Assembly: GCF_900079115.1 (NCBI RefSeq)
Contig: NZ_LT549890.1
Coordinates: forward strand, 90,001-122,000
Source of the DNA: Saccharolobus solfataricus
GTDB taxonomy: Archaea; Thermoproteota; Thermoprotei_A; Sulfolobales; Sulfolobaceae
Length of the DNA: 32,000 bases
Reading direction: 5' to 3'
Both the position numbers and the translations under genes were made by a program. The notes beneath the pieces were generated by a model. It ran no database searches, was not told where the DNA came from, and saw nothing but the letters and a program-made list of their open reading frames with translations. Of this stretch, positions 1 to 8,040 are shown piece by piece. Each line of letters starts with the position of its first letter. Position 1 is the stretch's first letter.

Positions 1-339
1 AGAGCATTAAGAACAATATTCACCAAGACAGTGTTTTCTTTTGAATCCGAAGATAAACTATATAAATCACTTAAAAATCTAAATATTTCCGACAAAGATG
101 AGATAAAACATACCTCAAGAAGTTTTTCAAGATTCTATACTGCCTTCAAGCTTGCAGAAAGTATAGCTGAGGGCATTGTTAGGGATAGGTTAACTTATAT
201 CGCTACTAAAAAGGCTATAGCAATATCAATAGGTATTGAATATCCTTTACCGAAAGCTGATTACGTGGCGCTAATAGCTAAAGAGGTATTTAACGTAAAT
301 AAGAAGGTATTGAATAAGGTTTTGGGTGTAAAGGTATAA
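1..339 (+). CDS. 3' end of a gene that starts left of the window (hypothetical protein)
   Basis: Frame 1 is open from base 1 through the listed 31..339 ORF to its stop at 337-339. Composition is host-like and K/E/I-rich. No motif I can name. Confidence 0.35.
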   Translation, partial: RALRTIFTKTVFSFESEDKLYKSLKNLNISDKDEIKHTSRSFSRFYTAFKLAESIAEGIVRDRLTYIATKKAIAISIGIEYPLPKADYVALIAKEVFNVNKKVLNKVLGVKV

Positions 340-380
340 GCATAGATATTTTAAACTACTAAATAAATTATAATTGAGTT

Positions 381-1283
381 ATGCAGAATCTCTCGCCTAC
401 GCAAAGGGAAATATTGTTAGCACTTACTGATCTATATAATAGGCAAAAAAGAATGATAAAAAGTAAGGAAGTAGCTGACATTATAGGAAAAGATGAGGGA
501 ACAGTAAGGAACATTATACTAAGCTTAAAAGTATTAGGCCTAGTTGAATCGAAACCCGGACCTAATGGAGGTTACATGCCAACACTAAAAGCATATGAAA
601 TTATTAATAATCCTACACTAACTCCAATTTTGGATAAACTAAATCTCTATAAAGGGATGATAGAAACTGATATAAAAGTAGAAAATATTGAAATAATTGA
701 TATTACTAACCCTTCAGCGAATAGGGTTCTCTTAAAGGTAGAGGGAGATCTAAGGAAATTAAAGATAGGAGATGCTGTACGGTTAGGTCCTACACCCTAT
801 AGTAGGCTGGTTATAGAAGGATTGATATTACACTTAGATGAAAATAGTAAAGAAATCGTAGTAGACGTGAAAAGAATGATAAGTATCCCTAAGGAAAAAG
901 TCAAAAATCTTATCTCTAAGAAACTCATAGCGTTAAAACCAGAAACTAGCTTAAGAGAAGCCTCCATGATATTCTATAAGGAAGCAATAAGAGGTGCGCC
1001 TGTTATCAACCAAGACGAAAAAGTTGTAGGGATTCTTACTACTGCAGATATAATTAAAGCCTTCTTTGAAGGAAACTATACAGCTAAAGTATCAGACTAT
1101 ATGAAGACCAATGTAATCAGTATAAATGAAAATGAAGACTTGCTAGATGCAATTAGGAAAATGATAATTTATAATGTCGGTAGATTGTTGGTACTTGATA
1201 GTAATAATAAAGCTGTTGGTATTGTAACCAGAACCGATATTTTAAGATCAATTGCTGGTCTAGAAGGTTTGTGGACAACTTGA
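381..1283 (+). CDS. Transcriptional regulator, N-terminal winged helix plus C-terminal CBS-domain pair
   Basis: The N-terminus (REILLALTDLY...SKEVADIIGKDEGTVRNIILSLKVLGLVESKPGPNGGY) is a typical wHTH. The C-terminal 120 aa has two CBS-like repeats (APVINQDEKVVGILTTADI and GRLLVLDSNNKAVGIVTRTDIL). An AT-rich TATA-like stretch lies 20-30 nt upstream of the ATG. Confidence 0.75.
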   Translation: MQNLSPTQREILLALTDLYNRQKRMIKSKEVADIIGKDEGTVRNIILSLKVLGLVESKPGPNGGYMPTLKAYEIINNPTLTPILDKLNLYKGMIETDIKVENIEIIDITNPSANRVLLKVEGDLRKLKIGDAVRLGPTPYSRLVIEGLILHLDENSKEIVVDVKRMISIPKEKVKNLISKKLIALKPETSLREASMIFYKEAIRGAPVINQDEKVVGILTTADIIKAFFEGNYTAKVSDYMKTNVISINENEDLLDAIRKMIIYNVGRLLVLDSNNKAVGIVTRTDILRSIAGLEGLWTT

Positions 1284-1621
1284 AAGAGAAATGTGGAATT
1301 ATTTGTAATAACACTTTCTATGAGTTAAAAAATATAAGTCGTACAGAATACGAATTTATTTGCGATCCGTCTGATTTTTACACTACAGTAAAAGGCAAAT
1401 GTAGTGATGATATACAAGCAATAGTGCACACCCACGAAGAAAGTTGCGAACCCAGTTACAAAGATATTACGTCAATGAAAATATGGAACATTCCTTGGAT
1501 TATTATATCTAAAAAGTGTATAAAAAGTATACTATATTTAAACGGAAGTATACTCGAGCTCGATATTCACTCCCTTCTGTCTCAAGAACTCTACCACTCT
1601 CTCATGAAGCTTCTTCAGTAG
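1271..1621 (+). CDS. Minimal JAMM/MPN+ (JAB) metalloprotease-like protein
   Basis: Contains E6-K-C-G, then H53-T-H55-x6-S62-x2-D65, which is JAMM-like (canonical spacing is x7). The GTG start overlaps the upstream regulator by 13 nt. The 3' end overlaps the convergent helicase by 84 nt. Confidence 0.5.
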   Translation: MDNLKEKCGIICNNTFYELKNISRTEYEFICDPSDFYTTVKGKCSDDIQAIVHTHEESCEPSYKDITSMKIWNIPWIIISKKCIKSILYLNGSILELDIHSLLSQELYHSLMKLLQ

Positions 1622-4165
1622 TTCCCTTCTATCTTCTGCTAGTACTACATCTGAATGCCCTTTAAGAATTATACTATGGGAAAACGGACTGGGAATATTT
1701 GTGGGCCCAAACACATCAACTTTTATTTCTTGACTAGCAATTTTTTTCAGAATCTCCTTAGCTCTTAGTATATCCATATGGTCTTCTAAAATCTCTCTAA
1801 TAGTCTCCTTCATTACTGGGAAATTTCCAATTTCTCTTATAGCCTTTAACAGTATCTCCGAATTTAATTCTCTCCTCTCTAGATTGGTCTCTCTTCCTTT
1901 ATATCTGCGTAATATCATAAACGACCTCTCTGCGCAGTGTCTAAATCTTCTCTTTAGCATTTCTGTCCTCATAACAGCCCTTGTAACAATATCATAGACA
2001 TTATCTGGGGTAATCTTTTCAAACAGACTCTTGATGTTATAATCAAATGGAACGTCTCGTTTTACACTAAGTGCAAATCCATTGTCAGTAACAGAAACTC
2101 TAACATCTGTATCTAATTCCTCACTAACTACGTATGCAAAAGCCCTAGAAAGAGCATCCAACGCTCTTCTTCCGTACAATGCGTGGAATATATAATTTCT
2201 AATTCCTTCTTCATCATCGTAAATTTCTATTAAAATTAGATTGTCAGAAGGAACTTTTCCGTTTGTGAAAAGGTATTGCTCTAAAATATAGGTGTATATT
2301 GACATGGAAGCGTGTTTGTCAATTTCATATTCCTTAGAGATGCTTTCTATTATCTCGTTATGTGTTACTCCTTTCTTAATCATCTCTGCTATCTCTCTTC
2401 TAAACTTGCCAATCTCTAGAGCTGACTCGTAGGCCAATGGTAACATTTCTGAAAACCAGCTTGGAACCGTTGGCCTTTGACCCATAGCCTCCTTTACAAT
2501 TACTTTCGAACCCTTGCTTCCAATAAATTCATAAGTTCTCCCACTTAATACGAAGATATCTCCAGGTGATAATATTTCAACGAATTCCTCTTCTAGATTA
2601 CCAACATATCTATTGTTTTCTGTAACTACACTTATCATAGCCTCATCCGGAATTGTACCACTATTCGTATAAAATATTAATCTACTACCTTTCTTGGGAT
2701 AAATTATCTTTTCTTCTTTTATTCTTATTTTTGCGTAGACATTCTTTAACTCGACTCCAAAGAAATCCCCACTAAGATATCTTAATACTAAAGAATAGTC
2801 AGATTCGCTAAGATCTGAAAAATTATAAGATCGCCTTAAAATTTTAAACAAATCATCCCTATCTATGGGAGAAATTAAACTAGCAGATACTATTATCTGT
2901 GATAAGACGTCTAAGGGGTTTTTAGGAATGTGGATACTATCGATCTTCCTATCTCTAGCTAACTTAGCTAACACTGAACACTCAACTAAATCATCTCTGT
3001 CAACAACAATCACTCTCCCTTTGCTAATGCTTCTTATATGATGACCCGCCCTCCCTATCCTTTGTAATAACCTACTTACACTCTTAGGACTACTTAGTAG
3101 GATAACTAGGTCAATGTAACCTATATCTATCCCTAATTCTAGACTAGTTGACGATACAACAACTTTTAAAATTCCCTTTTTAAGCTTCTCTTCCACATCT
3201 AATCTCACATCTCTGCTAAGACTGCTATGATGAGCTTCTATCGCATCTACATCAAAGACCTTTTCATTTTCAGCTAACTTTCTTAACTTATATGCAACTC
3301 TCTCTGTAGCGTGTCTAGTATTTGTAAAAATAAGAGTAGTCCTATGTTTCTTTACTTCGTTCAAGATGGTCTTATATATTCCCTTGTCTACCTCACTTTC
3401 AGAAGAGTGAACTAAATCTTTAACAGGGGAAATTACTTTAATATCAACAGGCTTTACAAATCTAGCATCGACTATCCTATATTCACGATCTTTGCCCACG
3501 AGAAATTGCGCCACTTCTTCGAGAGGCGATACAGTTGCACTTAAGCCTATTCTCACAAATTCTTTCTTAGTAATTAGATTTCTAAATAGTTCTAACATAG
3601 CGGAAAGATAAGCTCCCCTTTTACTGTTAGCTAGTTCATGAATTTCATCAACTATAATCCATTTCACATCGGTTAATTTCTGACTAAACTTAGGTGAAGT
3701 TATAGATATTCCAAAAGACTCTGGCGTTGTTATTAAAATATGAGGCGGTTTCTTTAGCATTTTCTGCTTTTCATAGGGTGTGGTATCGCTAGTTCTTATT
3801 CCAACTCTAACATCTGGTAATTTTGAGTTTACTTGCCTTAACTCATTAAGAGGTTCTAATAGGTTTCTTTGCATGTCGTTATTTAACGCCCTTAACGGAG
3901 AAATGTAAATCGCATAAACCTTATCTTCTAACTCATTGTTATCACCTAACTCAAATAACGAATCTAAAATTCCTAGAAATGCAGCTAAAGTTTTTCCACT
4001 TCCTGTAGGACTCGATACTAATACGTTGTAGTTCTGCTTTATTAACGGTATAGCTGCCCTTTGAGGAGGAGTAAACGTGGTATATTTCTGCCTAAACCAT
4101 TTGGCTACATATGGTCTGAGTAAATTGTATATTTCTTCATCAGAGTAGAAGTAAGTATTGCTCAA
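1538..4165 (-). CDS. lhr: Lhr-family SF2 DNA helicase (Hel112/SSO0112-like, the RecQ-like helicase of the ups-adjacent cluster)
   Basis: Walker A SSPTGSGKT, motif II VDEIHEL, motif VI QRIGRAGH, and a long Lhr-type C-terminal domain. The 875-aa length matches what I recall for Hel112. Confidence 0.9.
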   Translation of the reverse strand: MSNTYFYSDEEIYNLLRPYVAKWFRQKYTTFTPPQRAAIPLIKQNYNVLVSSPTGSGKTLAAFLGILDSLFELGDNNELEDKVYAIYISPLRALNNDMQRNLLEPLNELRQVNSKLPDVRVGIRTSDTTPYEKQKMLKKPPHILITTPESFGISITSPKFSQKLTDVKWIIVDEIHELANSKRGAYLSAMLELFRNLITKKEFVRIGLSATVSPLEEVAQFLVGKDREYRIVDARFVKPVDIKVISPVKDLVHSSESEVDKGIYKTILNEVKKHRTTLIFTNTRHATERVAYKLRKLAENEKVFDVDAIEAHHSSLSRDVRLDVEEKLKKGILKVVVSSTSLELGIDIGYIDLVILLSSPKSVSRLLQRIGRAGHHIRSISKGRVIVVDRDDLVECSVLAKLARDRKIDSIHIPKNPLDVLSQIIVSASLISPIDRDDLFKILRRSYNFSDLSESDYSLVLRYLSGDFFGVELKNVYAKIRIKEEKIIYPKKGSRLIFYTNSGTIPDEAMISVVTENNRYVGNLEEEFVEILSPGDIFVLSGRTYEFIGSKGSKVIVKEAMGQRPTVPSWFSEMLPLAYESALEIGKFRREIAEMIKKGVTHNEIIESISKEYEIDKHASMSIYTYILEQYLFTNGKVPSDNLILIEIYDDEEGIRNYIFHALYGRRALDALSRAFAYVVSEELDTDVRVSVTDNGFALSVKRDVPFDYNIKSLFEKITPDNVYDIVTRAVMRTEMLKRRFRHCAERSFMILRRYKGRETNLERRELNSEILLKAIREIGNFPVMKETIREILEDHMDILRAKEILKKIASQEIKVDVFGPTNIPSPFSHSIILKGHSDVVLAEDRRELLKKLHERVVEFLRQKGVNIELEYTSV

Positions 4166-4206
4166 TCTATAGACTCTTTGAGACTATAATTTAAAAAATA
4201 TATCTT

Positions 4207-5583
4207 TCATAATCCTTTAATATATGCTATAAAGGTGTAGAGGAAAGCTATCGAATAGTAAGCTAGCCAAATAAAGGTTAGGAAGTCGCCTCTAAACATA
4301 TAAAGGAAAGCTGATAGAATGAAAAATACACCAAAGGCTAAGATTGGATAGCCTATATTACTTTTAGCCTTCTTGCCTTTAGGAGTAACAATATACGTTC
4401 TAGTCTTCTTAAATGCGTTAATTGTACCAATAAGCAAAAATGGCGAAATTCCAACAGTATATGCAGACAACCTTCCCAAGGCTTTTATAGCTGTCACAGT
4501 ATCTATCCCTGACTTCTTTGCGCTATTGACAAAAATTGAAGCATAGATTGATAGTGTTATGGCCCATATAATAAACATTGGCAAATTCATACTAAGCCTT
4601 ATACCTACAAAACCAGCTATTGCAAAAATAATTGCACTTATAAATGTTAGTATAATTGGAATGTATTGAGAAAGATAAGCTATAATCTCTAATTTTTGCC
4701 AAAGTTTTATATCGCTGCTAATAATATATTTAAATCTCCAGTAAAGAACTTCCATCGTCCCCATTGCCCATCTAGTTTGCTGCACATAAAACGCTATTAA
4801 ATTGTCTGGAACTTCAACATAAACAGGGGAGGAAGATGCGCAAACCTTAAATCCTTTATTTATAAGTCTAGCTCCCAGCTCATAATCATCCTGAATCATT
4901 TTGTAATCCCATCCGTTTACCGCCTCCAATGCACTACGCTTATAGATCGTCCCACATCCTATTGGCAATACTTTTAGTCCTAATTTATCTCTTCCTCTTA
5001 ATATAGATTTACTAGTAAGTACTGTTGATACCATTAACGCTTTTGCTAAAGACGTGCTAATATTAGAATAGCCATGCCATTCCATAGTGATTGCATCACA
5101 GCCTAAATTCACCATGTGATTGTAAGCTTTTATTAACGAATCTTTTTCAATCCTGGCATCTACATCTAATGTTAAAATTAAATCACCAGTGCTTTTCTGT
5201 AGACCAAACGCTAAGGCACCACTTTTATATCCAAGCTTCTTTTCTCTTCTAAATATTCTTACATCTAAGTCTGGAGGAATAATTAATGTCGATAATAATT
5301 TATCAAAATATTCTTGCTCGTCATCTGATACAATTATTATTTCTAATTTGTTTCTATCCCATATTGCTTCATGTATATTATCAATTAATCCTTGGATTAC
5401 TTCTATTCGTTCACCCTTTGTTGGTACTATAATTGATAATTTAGGTAGATTACTCTCGTTATTAAGTAAAATCAAATTCGCTATATCACCACTCTTACCG
5501 AATATATATAAAATGATCTGATTCCAAACTGCCAGAGAAGGTATTATAAATATTGCCAAGTTAAGTAATATATTAAGTATCAT
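4207..5583 (-). CDS. Integral-membrane family-2 glycosyltransferase with a processive-type QxxRW motif
   Basis: Motifs seen: LSIIVPTKGE, IIIVSDDE, LDVDA, IQDDYELG and QQTRWAMG (QxxRW). One N-terminal and about five C-terminal hydrophobic helices. Confidence 0.85.
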   Translation of the reverse strand: MILNILLNLAIFIIPSLAVWNQIILYIFGKSGDIANLILLNNESNLPKLSIIVPTKGERIEVIQGLIDNIHEAIWDRNKLEIIIVSDDEQEYFDKLLSTLIIPPDLDVRIFRREKKLGYKSGALAFGLQKSTGDLILTLDVDARIEKDSLIKAYNHMVNLGCDAITMEWHGYSNISTSLAKALMVSTVLTSKSILRGRDKLGLKVLPIGCGTIYKRSALEAVNGWDYKMIQDDYELGARLINKGFKVCASSSPVYVEVPDNLIAFYVQQTRWAMGTMEVLYWRFKYIISSDIKLWQKLEIIAYLSQYIPIILTFISAIIFAIAGFVGIRLSMNLPMFIIWAITLSIYASIFVNSAKKSGIDTVTAIKALGRLSAYTVGISPFLLIGTINAFKKTRTYIVTPKGKKAKSNIGYPILAFGVFFILSAFLYMFRGDFLTFIWLAYYSIAFLYTFIAYIKGL

Positions 5584-6157
5584 CTATTGATATTGCCTTT
5601 TGGGGAATAATAAATTCATATACGTGTCTTGTAGTCTTAGGGGGAAATCTTAAACCCCTATTGGCAATACTTATAACGTCTTCTTTATATATTGAAGGCG
5701 GTTCTAAATGGCCAACAATGTCTTTTTCCACATTTATACCTATCGAATGCAGAAAACTTTCTACCTTTTCTAGTTTCCAATAGAGTCTGTATAAATCATC
5801 ATCACAAATGCGGATAGAGTCGAATTTGGCACATATTTTACCATTAGAGTAAATTGCTGATAATACGCTCTTTACAATATAGGGCTTTGAAAATCTCCTA
5901 TACCATACATTAACACTAATAGAAGTAGAGTTATAGTTTACGTAAATCACCGGTATTTTTGGTAATGAAAGACGTAAAGCTGCAGTGAATCTATGATGAC
6001 CATCTAAGATGACATGTGTGTTTTCATCTACTATTATTGGTTTTATAGCCCTTATTTTCTGAACTTCAAAAGAGATATTGACAACTTTATCTATTAATAT
6101 ATCCTCATGAGGTATTAGATCTCCAAGCTTCTCCATCTCTATGCGAATAGTACTCAC
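5573..6157 (-). CDS. ParB/sulfiredoxin-domain nuclease-like protein
   Basis: IKPIIVDENTHVILDGHHRFTAAL carries the ParB/Srx DGHHR signature. Overlaps the GT2 start by 11 nt and the endonuclease III end by 53 nt (32 nt if the start is Met8). Confidence 0.75.
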   Translation of the reverse strand: MSTIRIEMEKLGDLIPHEDILIDKVVNISFEVQKIRAIKPIIVDENTHVILDGHHRFTAALRLSLPKIPVIYVNYNSTSISVNVWYRRFSKPYIVKSVLSAIYSNGKICAKFDSIRICDDDLYRLYWKLEKVESFLHSIGINVEKDIVGHLEPPSIYKEDVISIANRGLRFPPKTTRHVYEFIIPQKAISIDDT

Positions 6158-6815
6158 AACATTCTTTAATTATACAAGAATTACATAAAGGTTTCCTAGC
6201 CTTACAAGTTTGTCTACCATGTGCAATTAACATGTGATGAAGATGGAGGAGATCATAGGCTGAAAAAAGTTCTTTTAAAGTAGATGAAATTAAACTATAT
6301 TTAGCGTTAGTGGGGACTATCCCTAACCTTTTGCTGACTCTAGTTATGTGCGTATCAACCGGAAAGACCTTATATCCATAATATCCATAACAAGTCAATA
6401 GCACTACATCCGCAGTCTTCTCTCCAATTCCCTCAAGTTTTAATAATTCATCTCTCGCATTGCTAGTATTTAACAAACTATCTATTAATCCATTATACCT
6501 CTCAAGAATTATCCTTGAAATTTCCTTTAATCTTTTAGCCTTAGTTCTATAAAGACCGGAAATCTTTAACGCGCTTTCTATGTCAGCCAAATTGGCGTTA
6601 GATAATTTCTCTGGAGTAACACCAACTTTTCTTTCTAACTCTAGATAGGCTTTAATGGCTGATTTATCTGTAGAATTTTGAGATAAAATAGTTGCTACAA
6701 GTACTTTAAAACAATCTTTGGTCTTAAGCCAGACATAATACGCAATAAAATCCTCCTCTTTTATAATATAGGTAGCAGAAAGTTTATGGAAAATCGTTTC
6801 AGCAGTGCACTTCAT
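6105..6815 (-). CDS. nth: Endonuclease III (HhH-GPD DNA glycosylase/AP lyase with a 4Fe-4S cluster)
   Basis: HhH LEGIGEKTADVVLL with the catalytic Lys, plus the VDTH Asp. C-terminal Cys cluster C-x6-C-x2-C-x5-C (CKARKPLCNSCIIKECC). Confidence 0.9.
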   Translation of the reverse strand: MKCTAETIFHKLSATYIIKEEDFIAYYVWLKTKDCFKVLVATILSQNSTDKSAIKAYLELERKVGVTPEKLSNANLADIESALKISGLYRTKAKRLKEISRIILERYNGLIDSLLNTSNARDELLKLEGIGEKTADVVLLTCYGYYGYKVFPVDTHITRVSKRLGIVPTNAKYSLISSTLKELFSAYDLLHLHHMLIAHGRQTCKARKPLCNSCIIKECCEYYSHRDGEAWRSNTS

Positions 6816-6836
6816 GAATTTGATTAGGCACTTTGG

Positions 6837-6844
6837 CTTATAAG
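6837..6844. promoter_or_regulatory. Palindromic TATA element CTTATAAG shared by divergent leaderless genes
   Basis: It is the only TATA-like element in the 55-nt gap. Its centre lies about 26 nt from the endonuclease III ATG (6815, minus) and about 30 nt from the wHTH ATG (6871, plus). Confidence 0.4.
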
Positions 6845-6870
6845 GAATTCTTAAACTAACTTACTATTTG

Positions 6871-7134
6871 ATGTACGAAATAGAGATGGTCCTTAACGCA
6901 ATAAAGGAAGGTGCTGTTAATCCGGGGGATGCCGTAATCAAAACTGGGTTACCTAGATATGAAGTTCTGGCATTGTTCCACATTTTAGAGGAACTAGGCC
7001 TAATAGAACCTATATACTCTAAGGGATCACACAAGGCATTTCGTCTTACTAAAAAAGGAGAGGAAATACTCGAAGGATTGAAAAAAGGATATGAGTTGTA
7101 CATATTCGTAAAACCTAATCCGGTCCAGAGTTGA
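6871..7134 (+). CDS. Small (87 aa) winged-helix DNA-binding protein, antisense to the surrounding ups/repair genes
   Basis: Helix-turn-helix plus wing pattern: GDAVIKTGLPRYEVLALFHILEELGLIEPIYSKGSHKAFRLTKKGEEIL. The ATG at 6871 sits one codon inside the listed TTG start. The 3' end overlaps the upsB 3' end by 20 nt. The competing minus-strand ORF is S/P-rich and not protein-like. Confidence 0.55.
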   Translation: MYEIEMVLNAIKEGAVNPGDAVIKTGLPRYEVLALFHILEELGLIEPIYSKGSHKAFRLTKKGEEILEGLKKGYELYIFVKPNPVQS

Positions 7135-7528
7135 AATAATAGTAGTTTCCATTAATCTGTAGAATGATTACAGAGTTTCCCTCAATGAATATATTATTAT
7201 TTATTATTGAGCTTAGGGGAACTAAGCTATCAGGTAGCATTTCATATTTCACATTGTACGAAATATTATTAATTATAACCTTTTCTATTGTAATTGGAAC
7301 ACTTCCATAATTATACACGAATGTCTCATTTACCGAATTTCCTAAATATATCAGGCTAACCTTAACGTTAACGTTGGTTAGATAATTATCGTATGCGCTA
7401 TTTGCTTGGATAGAACTATTTGTATAAGTTTGCGTAAAAAATAAATATAATGGAACGATGAGTGAGAGTGTTATCATAACAACAATTAGTGTAGAAAAAA
7501 TAGATGAAATAGCTTTCAACCACATCAC
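7115..7528 (-). CDS. upsB: Ups pilin B (class III signal peptide pilin)
   Basis: MMWLKA/ISSIFSTLIVVMITLSLIV has a short basic N-terminus and a K-A cleavage motif, followed by a hydrophobic helix. It is the last gene of the pilus operon. Confidence 0.8.
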   Translation of the reverse strand: MMWLKAISSIFSTLIVVMITLSLIVPLYLFFTQTYTNSSIQANSAYDNYLTNVNVKVSLIYLGNSVNETFVYNYGSVPITIEKVIINNISYNVKYEMLPDSLVPLSSIINNNIFIEGNSVIILQINGNYYYFNSGPD

Positions 7529-7533
7529 CTAAT

Positions 7534-7998
7534 TTACGCTATTGAAGCCAGCACGTTCTGAACCACACTATATGGTTTTCCATTGGGTAAATTACCAGCA
7601 ATTTCAACAGTGTAGTACTGCCCAGCAGTTATTTTGCCGTTAATTGATGTTATGTTTTGAACTGTTTGACCAGGCTGTAAGAGATTGTTATTGAGTGGTA
7701 TTATAATATTCCTAGTACCATTAAGAATTTGAATACTAGATAGATATATCTGTGTGCTGCCGGTATTGGAAATATAATATTGGATATATGCTTGACCAGT
7801 ATTGGGATTGACATAAATACTTACTTGAGTCTGAAGACTCGCATTTTGTGTTAATGAACTAAATAGACCATTAGAGTACGCATAAAGTAGACCACCCAGC
7901 ACTAGGGTTATTGCTAATACTATTACTGTACCTAAAATCGATGAAAGCCCTTTTCTCTTTTTTAATTTATACCCTCCTTTCATCATTAGTTGTAGCAA
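7534..7998 (-). CDS. upsA: Ups pilin A (class III signal peptide pilin)
   Basis: KKRKG/LSSILGTVIVLAITLVLGG is a PibD-type cleavage motif plus a hydrophobic helix. The true start is probably an internal Met (MMKGGY...). Confidence 0.8.
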   Translation of the reverse strand: MLQLMMKGGYKLKKRKGLSSILGTVIVLAITLVLGGLLYAYSNGLFSSLTQNASLQTQVSIYVNPNTGQAYIQYYISNTGSTQIYLSSIQILNGTRNIIIPLNNNLLQPGQTVQNITSINGKITAGQYYTVEIAGNLPNGKPYSVVQNVLASIA

Positions 7999-8040
7999 TA
8001 TTTATCTTACTCAGGGAATGTCGAAAATAATCTTACTTTG

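Noticed and set aside
5189-5521. 110-aa plus-strand ORF inside the GT2 gene, and similar antisense ORFs at 8357-8542, 13303-13491, 16458-17026, 17530-17796, 18337-18582, 20788-21000 and 21310-21627
   Set aside because: Each lies wholly within a well-supported gene on the other strand and translates to low-complexity S/L/F/I-rich sequence. These are typical shadow ORFs in AT-rich DNA.
6864-7103. 79-aa minus-strand ORF overlapping the wHTH gene
   Set aside because: The S/P-rich, low-complexity translation has no motif. The plus-strand frame gives a coherent wHTH fold pattern and has a suitably placed TATA box.
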